A DNA stretch of 61,065 nt, the filler included, from Sluysia triapertura (lineage: Eukaryota): NCBI GenBank assembly GCA_046118255.1. It is 4 parts of 4 records of this genome, joined end to end, with 100 filler letters (N's around TTAATTAATTAA, not from the genome) between each part and the next. Parts side by side here need not be neighbours in the genome. Positions count along the whole stretch, not along the records: positions 27,656 to 49,228 come from JBJNIA010251750.1; 3 more parts are not named here. One strand, 5' to 3'. Shown here piece by piece: positions 27,656-40,174 of this stretch (its first letter is position 1; each line of letters starts with the position of its first letter). The position numbers and the translations under genes were made by a program. The notes beneath the pieces were generated by a model. The model was given only the letters and a program-made list of their open reading frames with translations, searched no databases and had not been told where the DNA came from.

Positions 27656-29154
27656 AATAATAAATTGTTTCGATAAAATAGAACCTTTTAACCGTAGAAG
27701 ATAAACCTCCTGATCAAATTAAGTAAAGCCTCGTAACCATTGAATATAAATCCAACGGTTGGCCATTAAGTTCGTAAGCCCAACACGTTGGTGGACTCAC
27801 TTATTTTAAAATCATTTTATTCACGCCATTTCTTGCAATATCATAAAAAGCAAACAAATCTTAGTAGATCACCGATTGATCTATATTATTTTATTTTGCC
27901 TTTTTCGACGTTCTCAACATTGACTTATACGCCTTATATAAGCTTCCATTCCTGTTTGACGTTATTAAGACTTGAACGTGTATCATCTTGTTTCTATCTA
28001 AATATTTTCAATATTATGCAGAAAACTTCGTTACTCCCAAACTTCCAAAATAACTTAAATAACACTAATTATCAATATTATTGTCTAAAAACATCTTTTA
28101 TAGAATCATTTAATAACTTAACACTAAAAAATTGGTGCACGGTGCCATTTCCCCTAAATTTTTAATATCATATTTTTCGATTTCATTGTAAGATTATTAT
28201 AATTACTTATACTAGGATTTTTTCTCTTTTATTTATCAAATTTTTATGAATAATTAAGGTCCACCTACTATGCACTGTTTAAACCTAAGGTGACGTACTC
28301 ATATATACAGCAATATAAGGTTCAAAGCTACCTCTTTTTATAACCTTTTCTAAAAAATATTATGCCTAAGGCTTCTTAATTATAGCTATGCGTATTTTAA
28401 CTTATGTCAAATAATCACTTAATCTTCGACAGTATCTCCTTCTGCATATTATATCTTCAGCAGCATCTCGAGTTTCTAAGGGTCGCTTCGCTAATTTATA
28501 ATTTAATTATTTTATTTAGAAACAACTATACTTATTTAATAATTACGTTATATATTTAGCGTCTCTTCTTTACTTACCTCAACAATTCAATTTAAGTTAA
28601 AAGATTAATTTAAATAAATTCAATTCTGAATTCCACAATGTAAATTTGATGAATATCAATCAACCTTAACAATTATATACCTTTTAAAAATATCAATCTT
28701 TATTAGATAAGATTATTACGATACAAATATTATCTTTATTATTCTGAATAATTTTGTTTTCATTTTGTAGATAATTTTCTTTTTGTTTTTATAAATAATC
28801 TTTTTACTTCTCAATTATAAAGTTCGTTCAATTTTTACGATTATTTTCTAATTATGTCTTTATAACTATTCTTTTTATCTTCTACACGATTTATAATTAA
28901 GGTTTAATATCTTATAAGTTATAAATGCATTTTCTAAAAAGTTCTATTAACTTTGTGAAGGATTATGGACTTAATGATTATTTTTTTCAATAACTACTGT
29001 TTTTAAAACTTGATTTTATTTTTAAATCTTTTAGTAAATAAAGAATTAAAACCAAAGGTCTCTTAAAAATTATTATTACAATGATGAATTATTAAATACA
29101 AAAAACAAATTTAATACAAACAAAAGCAAAATAATCAATTATTTTTAGAGTTAT

Positions 29155-29275
29155 TGTTAGACTTAGATCGAACCCGGGACCATCGCTGCTAAGTTCGATT
29201 GCACTACCGTCTGACGATTTTATTTTATTATAGTCAATTTTATCAAATGGCACCTTAGGCCTTTTTATCCCAACA
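29155..29275 (-). mobile_element. 121-bp TG..CA element with tRNA-like cassette, copy 1 (TSD TTAT)
   Basis: TTAT|TGTTAGACTT...TAGGCCTTTTTATCCCAACA|TTAT. The minus strand contains GGTAGTGCA..CTTAGCA..GGTCCCGGGTTCGATC. Confidence 0.8.
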
Positions 29276-29309
29276 TTATCATTAGAAGTAAATTTTTAAT
29301 TTTTAGAAC

Positions 29310-30500
29310 TGAAATTTTTTGGGACTGTCCAACTGTGGATTAGAGTGTGTGAAAAACACATGGAACTGATACAAATTGATGGATTGAACATTATAAATAT
29401 TGTCGGAATAAGAATCATGAAAGTAAAACATCTATAATAATGTAAATAGCTGAAGGATTCCTTAGAATTCCAAAGACCTATATAAGGTGTTGTAATGGAT
29501 TAAAAACTTTTGAAGGTATAAGAATACGTTTGAGCTTGTTAACCTTGAGATCATCTGAGACCTTATTAACCTTTAATTATTCTTGAAATATTGATAAACA
29601 TTTAAGATCTTCGAGTAATCTTATAATGTTTAAAATCTTTAAAATATTTGAAATAAAATCATTGTTCTTGGTATTAAAAATAAATCTAGTAACTTAATAA
29701 TTAACATGAAGAAGTAGAAAAATGAATCAAAGAGGTGAAGGTGAAAACATCTCAGAAAGCTTCTTGAATCCCTATAAACTCTTTAAAGATGAAATAAGAT
29801 TAAGTTTAAAAATAAATTATTTAATTAAAATCATAATTAACTTAATTAAGAAAATGTAGGTCTTTGTGAATAACTTTTGAATGTGGAGTGCTACATTAAA
29901 TTTGAATTTATGCATGTATTTGTTTTAGAAAGACCTTTGATGAAAGTATGGTTTTACCGAGTTTATGTAAAGAAAGCCTTAATATTGAGCAAAGTCTAAT
30001 TATAATTAATTCCTAATTAAGAAATGCTGAATTTTTTATATTTAGAATGATGCAAATATAATGAATTGAATATGAAATGATTGTTATGAAAGAGAATGAT
30101 CTATAAGCGAGTTCGAAATGTTGTAAAATGGTTTGTTTGAGAATAAGAACCTTAAAACATTTTTCATTAGAAAATATGGTGTGAAAAATTGAAAATCAAT
30201 GAAATTCTAAAAACTGAAATTAAATTCAGTTTTTTTATTTATGTCAACAAAATTGTTGATTGTTATTTTAATGTGAGAAGTAATTTAAGTAAAAATAGAT
30301 TGAGTAGAGTAAGCGAAAATGATGGTTGATAATAAGTCAATTTTTTGTGTTTTGTGCCTAATGAAGTTTGACAGAACGTACCATGTTCCACAAAGTTGCT
30401 ATTATCGGTCTAATTCTCAAAGAGGATTTGATGATTTGTGTTAGAAAGTGTTTGATTGTGAAATTTAGGATTGATTGGATGATGAGGAACAAAACGCACA
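29310..30500 (+). mobile_element. Highly degenerate LTR-retroelement internal region (gag-like start, possible integrase GPY/F-like end)
   Basis: VQLWIRVCEKHMELIQI is gag-like. KSIFCVLCLMKFDRTYHV is matched by KSIFCVLYLIKFDSPYHV in the homologous copy at 60620-61065. The repeat status is clear; the class is inferred. Confidence 0.45.
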
Positions 30501-30743
30501 ATACAAAAACAGAGCCACGACTCATACTGCACATTTCCACGCTCTAGATAATTTTTATTAATTTAATTTAATTTTATTTTAGTTTTATTTTGATTTATTT
30601 TTAATTTTATTGTAATTAATTTAATATAAGTTAACTTTGTGGAAGACACTTTGCCCAATTTATTTTTAAAATATTTGATTTTGATTTTGTTTTACGTTAT
30701 TTGAGAATAATATAAACAGTATTATTTGTCAAATCTTAATTTT

Positions 30744-31101
30744 TGTTGCGTGACCTCTGGTTTTCTTTTTGCACGGTTTATTGTGTACTTAACATTATTC
30801 AAAAATTATTGTTAACTTTCTTTAACTGTTTATTATTTTTAGTTGTCTCATTTACATTATTATTAAAGCGGAGATTTACTGTAGTAATTTTTATTTAATT
30901 TTTTTGTAAATATCATAATATTGAGTTTTGTTGTTAATTTGAATTAAAGAATCTTAATTTTGTTGTGGTTGAATAGTTACTGTTAATAGAATTTGAGACA
31001 ATTTAAATTTATTTTGATAAGTATTGAAAATATTAGGATTCCGTTTAAGTAAATTAAACTTATACTGACCTATTGTTATCGGTCATTTCAAAGACGCAAC
31101 A
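30744..31101 (+). mobile_element. 5' LTR of a Gypsy retrotransposon
   Basis: Perfect 8-bp inverted termini TGTTGCGT...ACGCAACA, followed by a PBS-like TGG, a T-rich leader and gag. Confidence 0.7.
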
Positions 31102-31107
31102 TAATTT

Positions 31108-31119
31108 TGGTGCTCCCAG
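31108..31119 (+). promoter_or_regulatory. Primer-binding site (possibly tRNA-Ile(UAU))
   Basis: TGGTGCTCCCAG lies 6 nt after the LTR end and resembles the complement of the metazoan tRNA-Ile(UAU) 3' end (TGGTGCTCCAGG). Confidence 0.55.
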
Positions 31120-32269
31120 TACTTTAATTTTGTAATAATTTTTAAATTATTTAATAACTTTTTTCATTTTGGTATCATTGATATTTGACTTTATATTTGG
31201 AGAGTGTATTTTAATAATTAAGCCTGTATTATTGATTATTTTATTTTAAATAAGTATAAAAATAAAATTGGCACATTTTGTAATTGAATTCTAGCTATCT
31301 TAACTGGGAATTTTAGATTAAGGTTTTCTCTAATATATTAATTAAAGGATTTTTTGTTGTGTTAAAAGCTTTACGTTATAATAAGAGAGAATTGAACTTT
31401 TAATTGCTAATTAAAGTTATTTTAAAAATAATTGTTATTTATAAATATATTTTGTATATAATTTCAGAGTTTATAATTAATATTTAGATTACGTTAGTTG
31501 TATTAATAATATTTAAACTTAATTAATAATATATAAAATTAAGTTTATTTAGCTTTTAGGTCAGTGCTTTTAATTTAATTTTTATTTATTTTGTTGTTTT
31601 GGGGGAAAGTAATTTGATATTTCACTAAACTATTTTTTGGGATTTAAGATGTAATAACACTTTTTAGCAGTGATTACTGCATCTTTATTTGATTAATAAG
31701 TACAATTTTAATTTTGTTTTGGGGTGTTTTCAGAGCAATTAATATTAAGTTTTGTTTTTCTACAAAATGGTCATTTTTAAGGATCATTCTTTTTATTACT
31801 AAAGGTCATAGTCTCAGGCCAATCTTACTTTTTTATAAAAAATGGATCAGCAAAATTAACAATGGACATTGCCTCGAGTAAGAGTGGTTACAAATGATAG
31901 CCCCGTACTTCCTTTGGGTTTTTATGATGGAAATCCGCATAGATTATCGCAGTTTATTAATCAATATCAGATTTATGGCTGGAATGAAGCAAAACAATGC
32001 GAGAAATTTCCATTGCACTTGCGAGGAAAAGTTGTAGATGCTTACTTAAATATATCTGAATAAAAATTTAAGGAATTGGCAGATTTAATCAAGGAATTTG
32101 AAAATCAGTTTGTTACAAAAGATACTCAATTTACAAATGAATCTGAACAACTGAATCTGCTACTCAGTACATTTTTGATATGAAACATGTAGCTTTAAAA
32201 GCATTTCCAAATTTTAGTCATGATCAAAGAAATGAACTGATAGTGCAGCAATTTTTGAATGTATGCAAG

Positions 32270-32393
32270 TATTAGACTTCGTAAAATGGATTGACCGGGG
32301 ATCGAACCCTGGACCATCGTCTGCGCAGTCAATGCTCTACTATTGAGCCATCAATTATACTACTTGACACTTTTTAGGCCTTTTACCCCAACA
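32270..32393 (-). mobile_element. 124-bp T(G/A)..CA element with tRNA-like cassette, copy 2 (TSD CAAG), inserted in gag
   Basis: CAAG|TATTAGACTT...TAGGCCTTTTACCCCAACA|CAAG. Removing the element and one TSD restores the gag frame FLNVCKESIRSEF. Confidence 0.88.
32287..32357 (-). tRNA. tRNA-like pseudogene (Ala/Cys-like arms, abnormal anticodon arm) inside the short element
   Basis: A-box TGGCTCAATAGTAGAGC with a GCTC/GAGC D-stem, B-box GGTTCGATCCC, acceptor ATTGA/TCAAT (5 of 7 pairs), followed directly by TTTT. Confidence 0.7.
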
Positions 32394-33231
32394 CAAGGAG
32401 TCGATTCGATCAGAATTTGTAATTTTTGACGTCACAACTTTAGAAGATATTCAATGAAAGGCCACCCACGAAAATGGAAGCTAGATTGTCAATTACTCCA
32501 CATAAAGCTAGTTTTATGGTTTCTGATATTGAAATAATAGAGTGACATTATATAAAAGCACCTAATTTAGTGACTGGTAATACTCATACACCAAAAAAAC
32601 GCCGTAGTAGAGATCAATTTGGTAGTGGTAACAGAAATTTTAATAATGAACGCAGAAGATCTTTAACACCATTTAGCAGAAGAATATCCATTACACCAAC
32701 GATAAAATTTAACTATATTTAATTTTACAATAAAATTAATAACTGCAGAGATAACTACATATCCCGCTTTGGTAATGGCAATAATTATCGTCCTAATAAA
32801 CTATCTAACTTCAGAAAAACTGTTCAATTTAAAAATGATATTATATGTTATTATTGTAATAGATTATTACTTAATAAAACGAATAACAGGCGAAATGATA
32901 CCAAATAATGCCAAGAGGATAAAATTACACCGTAAACCATCAAAAATATATCTTAAAACTAACCCAAAACATTTCATATCTTCAACCTTATCACATTTCA
33001 ACATCATACAATCACTTTTTGAACAAAATAAAACTTATTTTCTTTACATTCACCAAATTACACCCTTTTAACATATTAATAACTTATGACCTATCAACAT
33101 TTTCATTTAGAACATTAGGCTTAATTATTCAAAATTTACGTAAAACTAGAAAATAGCATTTAAGATGTATATTAAAAAGCCTTAACATCACAAATTCATA
33201 ATTCTTTAAGACTCAATTGCTTCTACAACTT

Positions 33232-33625
33232 TAATATGTTTAGAAAAATAAAAGAGTTACAAGTAAGATCATGTTCAAGTTACAAAATAGAAAGTTTATG
33301 CGTTTTTGGGATAATAATAATAATAATAATAATAGCATTTTGCTGTTATTATCATTATCACCATTAATAATTTTTATTAATTTTATTTTTAATTATGATT
33401 GTAAAATTTTATCCAGTAACTACCACTATCAGTGACTATTTCATAAAATATATTTCTGATCACTGACACCACTGATAGTAGTGCACTCATCAATTATAAA
33501 GCAACGTGTTTTGCTCTCATTGATTGGCACACCAATATTACAACTTTTGATCTCTATTATTGGTCATCCAACCAAATTACTTTCAACACTATTTTTATAC
33601 CTTTCTCTGGTTTGACGGCCAATCG
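33232..33625 (+). repeat. Multi-hairpin module, copy 2
   Basis: Shared block, (AAT) hairpin, ACCACTATCAGTG/CACTGATAGTAGT, and TTGGTCATCCAACCA/TGGTTTGACGGCCAA. Confidence 0.75.
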
Positions 33626-33769
33626 GGTCGATTTCTTTGCATCAAATTTTTGTTATAGCAAATCATTGAACACGCTAGTTCAAAAAATTTTTATTAGTGT
33701 TTAAAAGCAAAAATTGATCTTAAAAAATTACATAATTAACAAAAAATTCAGACAGTCAAAATTATTAAA

Positions 33770-34850
33770 AAAGATAAAACGAAAACTTTACATTTTTCAT
33801 AAATGAAAGAATACCTTGATTCAACACAAGATAATGCTAATTCAAAATTATTCCAAATTCAAAGGTCATGCCTATCAGTATATTGAAATGAAAATTCTAG
33901 AGACAGGTTAATACCTGATTTAATTACGATTCTATTAATCGACGTTGATTACGATGTAACTTTTTATGTGACTTCATTATTAATGACAAAGCCTTCTCAA
34001 TGGCCGAAATATAAATCACAGATGCTACTTGTTATCAAAACTAGACGAATTAATAGATATGCAAATTACACAAAAACTAACAATGTGATACACACTATAA
34101 CTCAAAGTATAATGCGTTTCAATAACGTTTGGCTAATAAACATGATATCAGTCTTATATGATTATTCTCAAAAGTCAAAGAGATTATTGTATGTAATATT
34201 GTATCTAAAATACTCGTCAAATGATGTCGGACAATTGATCTACCCACTGCTCACAAATACGAACTAATTGATCATGAACATTTGCACTAAATCAATGTTA
34301 TTATTGCAAAATATTAGTTGTCAAAGTCAGTTTTGATACATCAAATCAATATATCATTAATAACATCAATGAAATTGTTCAGCCGTCAACTAAATTTTCA
34401 GATCAATTTGTCTTTAAGCCTTCGTTAAATACAATTTCCGGTAACCGACTACCAATGATGCAATACTTCAGCCAACTGGATCGTTTTAGCAGATGTATAA
34501 TGTATGGAGCACGTTACTGTATTTTTATACAATGTACAAGATCCGTGACACTCCTGATTTTGAATTGAGTTAAAAAACTGGTGAATTCATTTAAGCATGG
34601 GGATCAACAATTACGTGGATAATTTCTCACCAATGCAGCGGACAGCATTTACAATTGTTCTAGTATTATTTATAATGTAATTTTATTTTTTTCTTTAAAC
34701 TTTCTAGATACAATTTATTATTTATCATTATTTTACAGGAATCTGCAACCTGCAAGTTCGGCAATGTGTCTGAAGTTAATAGCATCAATATATAACACGC
34801 AAAATACAAAATTATGTGTAATTAAATTTAATGTGTATAAAAATAGGACT
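33770..34850 (+). repeat. ~1.1-kb cargo segment duplicated at 48050-49070 (degenerate spliced gene)
   Basis: Collinear and highly similar to 48050-49070. Contains a GTAATT..TTTACAG intron-like segment near the 3' end. Confidence 0.85.
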
Positions 34851-36639
34851 TCATATTTTCTTGCTAGTCCCTTCATAATTATGTAGTTATCTACATAGTT
34901 AAAAGTTTAAATATAAATTTGTTCAAACGATTCAAATCCCATGAGTTTATAGGCACAATTTATGAATCAACGAATCTTACCCCCTTTTCAAAATTCTGAA
35001 ACCTAAAGAAGAATTGATTAAACGTGCTGCGAATTATATGATATATTTAAAATCTTATATAGTGCATTTGAATATACAAAACCTTTATTGATGGATGACA
35101 GAGCTGCTTTTTTGAAGACGTGTGCTGTATTGGGTGTACTCGGTTGTCATCAGAAACCTTTAATATTACATTATTTTATTTTATCTTCTTACAAAGAAAC
35201 TTCATTTCTTAAATAGAAACCATATTTTCTAAAAACGAACATTCCTTACTAAAAATAGAAAATAAGTTTGTAAAATGTTTTAGACATTCTCTAATTCTAC
35301 TCGCCTATGATTGGTTGTTTGCATAATTTTCCACAGATAATCATAAAGAAACACTAATTTTAGAGGCCATCTTAACAAGTTTTAAAGCAATTTCGCCACC
35401 TTCTAATCTATCTTGTTTCTTGGAAAGGTTTTCAAGTTAGCAGCTTCGCAATTTGGCTCACAGACAAGGCGCTGTTTAGTTACTTCTTTTTCAAGTTTTC
35501 CATGATATCAGTAAGTTGTTTTTGACAAGGACGATTTATCCCAGAGAAAATAAAAATTATATATTGCACTTGAAATATTTTGTAAACGAAATTTTTAAGC
35601 GCGACACAGTGGGGAGAATAATTTAAAATTAAAATTATTTATATAACAATTAAATGAAGATATTAATTGTGTTTTTCCTTTGTGTCTTATCTACTTTAAT
35701 TTCTATAATAAATATTTGGTATATTCAATTGTTTTCATTTCAATCTAAAGTTTGAATTAAACTAATACATAAGTCACATTTCAGTCATAAATATCTGAAC
35801 AAGACTAAAGATGAAAGACCCTCTTAACAAAATTATTAAGGTAACGTGAATAAAAATGAATTGCGTAATTAAATAGAAAATATTTAAAATTAGATATACA
35901 TTTCACGATTCATCCATCTGTAGATACAGACATACTATCTTTACGAGGGCCCTGCTCAACTTTAACAATTAAGAACACCGTATCAGTTAGTTATGAAATC
36001 AATCGGATTTTATAGTCGCGACTGTAATTTCTGTTTGGGTAAATTGTAGAGAGACAATACCATTATTAATTCATGAAGGTTAGTTCTATTGTTTGTACAT
36101 TACTCAATCCAAATCTTGGGTCAACTAAGAATTAATTATAAAATTGATCCTATATTGTTTTAACTGATCTTCATGAATACAAGTGTAGTGTTTGGGATTC
36201 TTGTCTCGTGCATATAGGCCACAAAGTTAAAGAACATTGTCATGACAGAAAAATGGAGATGATTTTAGTGGTGGAATTATGTATTTGAAGTTATTACAAA
36301 ACATGAATGGCATCAGATTGTAAACGTATATTATAAAATGTTCTTTTAGATTATGAAAAATTGTATTACAAAAGTGAAAATGACATAATATATATACTTT
36401 AACATAACATAACATATACTTTAAAATATCATAATAATATATTTTAGATTTATGAAAAAAGAACAATGAACAGAATAATAATCTATTTTTATTTATGTTA
36501 CACAAACTAAAATTTTTAAAACTTATGGTAATGATTCTTCGAATATGCCACCGAGTTCTTAGCTTTATATCACTAAATAAATAAACGCATGTCATTAATT
36601 TAATAGTAGAATAAAAATAAGTAAAATTTACTTTTATGT

Positions 36640-37700
36640 CGTTGGATGTCGGTTCCTCGGATTGTAGGATTTCGCAATCGTCTGGACGTGTTTTACCTTG
36701 ATTAATATCATCATCTTGTGTTGCAGAATTGTCCAGACTTGATGGAGGCTTTTCGATTTTATGAAATACGAAAGTAAGCACAGAAACTAATCTAATATCA
36801 TTTACAAATCATGTAGCGTTGCAGTAATAAGGATCCGTATTTTTTATATCATTGTGGTTGACGACTGAAACGATAACTTTGACATCCAATGCTTTACTGG
36901 AAAAATCATTAGTAAACATAACTTGTGTATCAGAACCATCATTAACAAAGGTCAAAACTTTAAGCATACATGTTTCATCAATATAATGCATCAATGCTTC
37001 GAATATTACTTTAAAATTAACTTTATTTTTAGTATAGTTCGACATAGTCCAAACATAAAGTTTCAACTGTGACGTTAATTTTTAATTTTTAATGTGACGT
37101 TAACAAATTGCAGCTCATAACACGAAATCCTAAATTTATTTTCAACTTCTCCATAAAATATTGCTGGATGAATTTGTACTTGTTTGAACATCTTGTTATT
37201 TATCTGTTTTTTATTACTTAATTTGGATGGTAATATGCATAAAACTCCTCCGGTCTCATCATGTAATTCATAACATATCATTTTATCTACTTTCTCAATT
37301 TCTAAATGTTGTATAGGATAAAAAATTTCTTTAATTTGATTTGTATGGCGAATATCTATAATATTAAGTACCGTTAGTTGATCGATAATATCTACATTAC
37401 TAGATGAACGCATTATTTTCAGACTTAATCCTTTACTCATTCTTATTAACTGAACGTACTTTCATATTGCTAATTCAACTGTGGGAATCAAAATCATTAC
37501 ATACGTCAATCGTTGATCGTGAACTACACACATTGTTGAATAAAAGGAATACCGTAGGGAAAAGTATTTCCACTGTTGGTTTCACACAAATTAATATCGT
37601 CTTTACGTTTTAGTAATAATGGCATAGCACGTTGTTGAATTTGAGTTGGCTTTGAATATTTGAATTATGAAATGTAATCTAAAATTCCGGATAATTTAGC
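36640..37700 (-). pseudogene. Chimeric pseudogene: DEAD-box helicase N-terminal fragment followed by an OB-fold-like region
   Basis: FKYSKPTQIQQRAMPLLL.RKDDINLCETNSGNT (Q motif, decayed motif I), MILIPTVELAI* (motif Ia), then in frame MSKGLSLKIM..ICYELHDETGGVLCIL. Two stops and a frameshift. Confidence 0.65.
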
Positions 37701-38004
37701 TACAGTTGTTATCATCGTAGAAGAATTGTATAGGCTTTTATCACTAATATAAGTTTTTCACTTTAATGATTATTTTTTTCAGTAAAAATCGTTAACTAAT
37801 AATAATTCCTTTTGTATCGATAAAAATGTTTTAACTGAAATTGTTACTGCATTAAAATGATTAAATTATCTTTTTAACTTTTAGTCAAAACATCATCACA
37901 AAAATTGTTTTTTAATAGTAAATTAAATTTTTTCTGGTCACTTTGTGTACCTTCTTCTTTTTATTTTTAAATTCTATATCTCAATCTTTAAACATCAATT
38001 TTTT

Positions 38005-38470
38005 ATTGGCTGTCCAATAAGTGATTGTTTTCTGTGTCATAAATAAATTGATATATTACATGATGATTGGACAGATGTATATACGAATTTTTATACACCA
38101 TGGAGCAAACATGAATAGTGAGATATGAAATGAATATGATTGGGCATCCAATTAAATGTGACTGAATGTAAAACAAAAATGTAATTAATTGAACGTCCCA
38201 TCATTTGAAACAAAAGACGCATGGTAACTGTCACCAGTTAACAGTTTGATACTTTATAATGAATTAGTTAAATGAGCTGTCAACTGGTGAAGATCGTTAA
38301 TCAATTAAAGATAATAATGATGATAGAAATGAATAATATTAATTACTACTTTAAAATAATAATAACATTTTATGAAAAACATAAATACAAAGAAAACGCA
38401 TAAATCTTTTCTTAAACATAAAACACGAACGTTCTGTTATTTTTTGATTTGCTTTCTTAACGTATTATCT
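38005..38470 (-). repeat. Multi-hairpin module, copy 3 (inverted)
   Basis: Reverse complement of the shared block at 38395-38470. Hairpins at 38231-38290 (TCACCAGTTAACAG/CTGTCAACTGGTGA), 38138-38203 and 38010-38074 (CTGTCCAAT/ATTGGACAG). Confidence 0.65.
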
Positions 38471-39880
38471 ATTTAAACAATACTTTATTTTTAAAAGTTT
38501 ATAATGGTAAATTTTGTGAGGTTATGAACTTATGCTGTTATAAATTAATGCTGCATTTTTTCTAGAAAATTTTAGAGTGTAATATTGATGTTGTAAGCTG
38601 TGAGTAAAAGTTTTGAATGGATGATTGAATATACATTAATGGTTTTGAATGTAATTATGTTTTGGATGTTACAGATTGTGAATTAAGATGTTTTGAGGTA
38701 GGAAAACTGATTTTAGTGGATCTAAAGGAAATAAAATATAAAAGGTTCAGATGAAAAATAGTTAAAGTGTCATGGAATGTGATTTCATGTGAAGTGCGTT
38801 GAATTAAATTTAAAATATTTCTATTAATTTTTTAAAGTAATTCTTTGATGATTTTCGATGATGGGTATGATTTGGATATAAAATTTCATGTTTAGAATGT
38901 TTGAAGGTATTACCAATTGTGAGATGTTCTGAAGTGTGATTTTGTTATATATTGTTAAAATAAAATTTTACAATATTGAGTTAGAAACCACAATGATCGT
39001 CATTTACGATGAATTTATATTATATTTTCATGTAGTAAGTATAATAATTTTCCTTTCATTAATATATTAAACATGACATAATTTAATGAATATAAAATGG
39101 CAGAATCTGTTGTTTATACCAAAAATGTTAATCTAAAACTTCTAGCACATTCATTGTTTAATTCATGGAATGAATTAATGGTAGAAAATTAAAAAATTCA
39201 ATTGTATCAGCTTGTTTTGGTTCAATAAACGAGAATAAGAATTTATCTAAACTTAATGCTTGCGAAAAAAATTTCGTGATGACTGATCCAATTCAAAGCA
39301 GGAAGTGCAATTAAATAATGATTCTATTCTTGATGAAAGTTATTTCGAAGATGTGGATTATCTGGAAGATAAATAAATATGTTATGTTTTTATTCGACAA
39401 ACTGAAAACACCAAATAATATTTTGTAATTTTTGGCCATACTATTCAAGTAGTTTGAAAAGTATATGGTTTAAGTTCAATATATTATAATGATGACACTT
39501 GCTATACATATATATATATTTAACAAATGCAGCAATATATTAATTTGTTAATAAGCAATTAGATATTTTAAATTTTTAATTCTCAATTTTAATTTAAGAT
39601 AACCAATATCTTAATATATCTGAAACGATGTAGTATAAATTCGAATAATCGAGTACTAAATATAAATTTCCTTAATAAATATAGGATGCAATTATTCTTC
39701 GTAGATAATTTGTAACAATATTTGCATTTGTTATATTAAATTATGAAAATTAATCTATGATAATAACGAATTTGTGTAAATATTTAATAAAATTTGCTTT
39801 ATAATAAATTTATTCGAAATTAATGTTTACTTTTAATTGTATATTATTTCGTAATTTTATTATTGTATTATATAATTCAG

Positions 39881-40174
39881 AATATATAAAATTACAAGTG
39901 AACAGTAATGATTTTGATACATTTTCAATAGTAACATGCTCTATTTTCAAGTCATATGATAACAAAATTGAATGGTATTACTTAATAAATGGTAAAAAAG
40001 TTAAAATAGACATTAATATTAGCAGTGTATATGACTATTTATCGTTTGTAAAGCCAGGTGAATTTATGTTGCAGTATAATGCTTCAATCAATGTGCATGT
40101 CTTTCAATGTAATGCAAGTAGTAATACGTATAATTTAGATGCATTGAAGAAGAATTATACTATTATTGATTACG
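39881..40174 (+). CDS. Ig-like domain exon A of a multi-Ig extracellular protein
   Basis: ttcag|..G|gtttgt, 294 nt, phase 1-1. IVTCSI..KIEWYY..FMLQ..VFQCNA shows the Ig C-W-C pattern. Confidence 0.75.

Larger units (their letters stand above)
31842..32870 (+). mobile_element. gag: Gypsy gag pseudogene (capsid region to start of zinc knuckle), interrupted and truncated
   Basis: FYDGNPHRLSQFINQYQIYGWNEAKQCEKFPLHLRGK..ESATQYIFDMKHVALKAFP..QQFLNVCK|ESIR, then an R/N-rich linker, then DIICYYCNR. Stops and frameshifts present. Confidence 0.85.

Noticed and set aside
28133-28144. TGGTGCACGGTG as a PBS after TTAACA
   Set aside because: The 9-nt spacer, lack of a confident tRNA match and missing LTR start make it plausible but unsupported.
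30358-30540. Minus-strand ORF with a signal-peptide-like start, considered as retroviral env
   Set aside because: The frame is not preserved in the homologous copy near 60.7 kb, and the opposite strand shows the better shared peptide.
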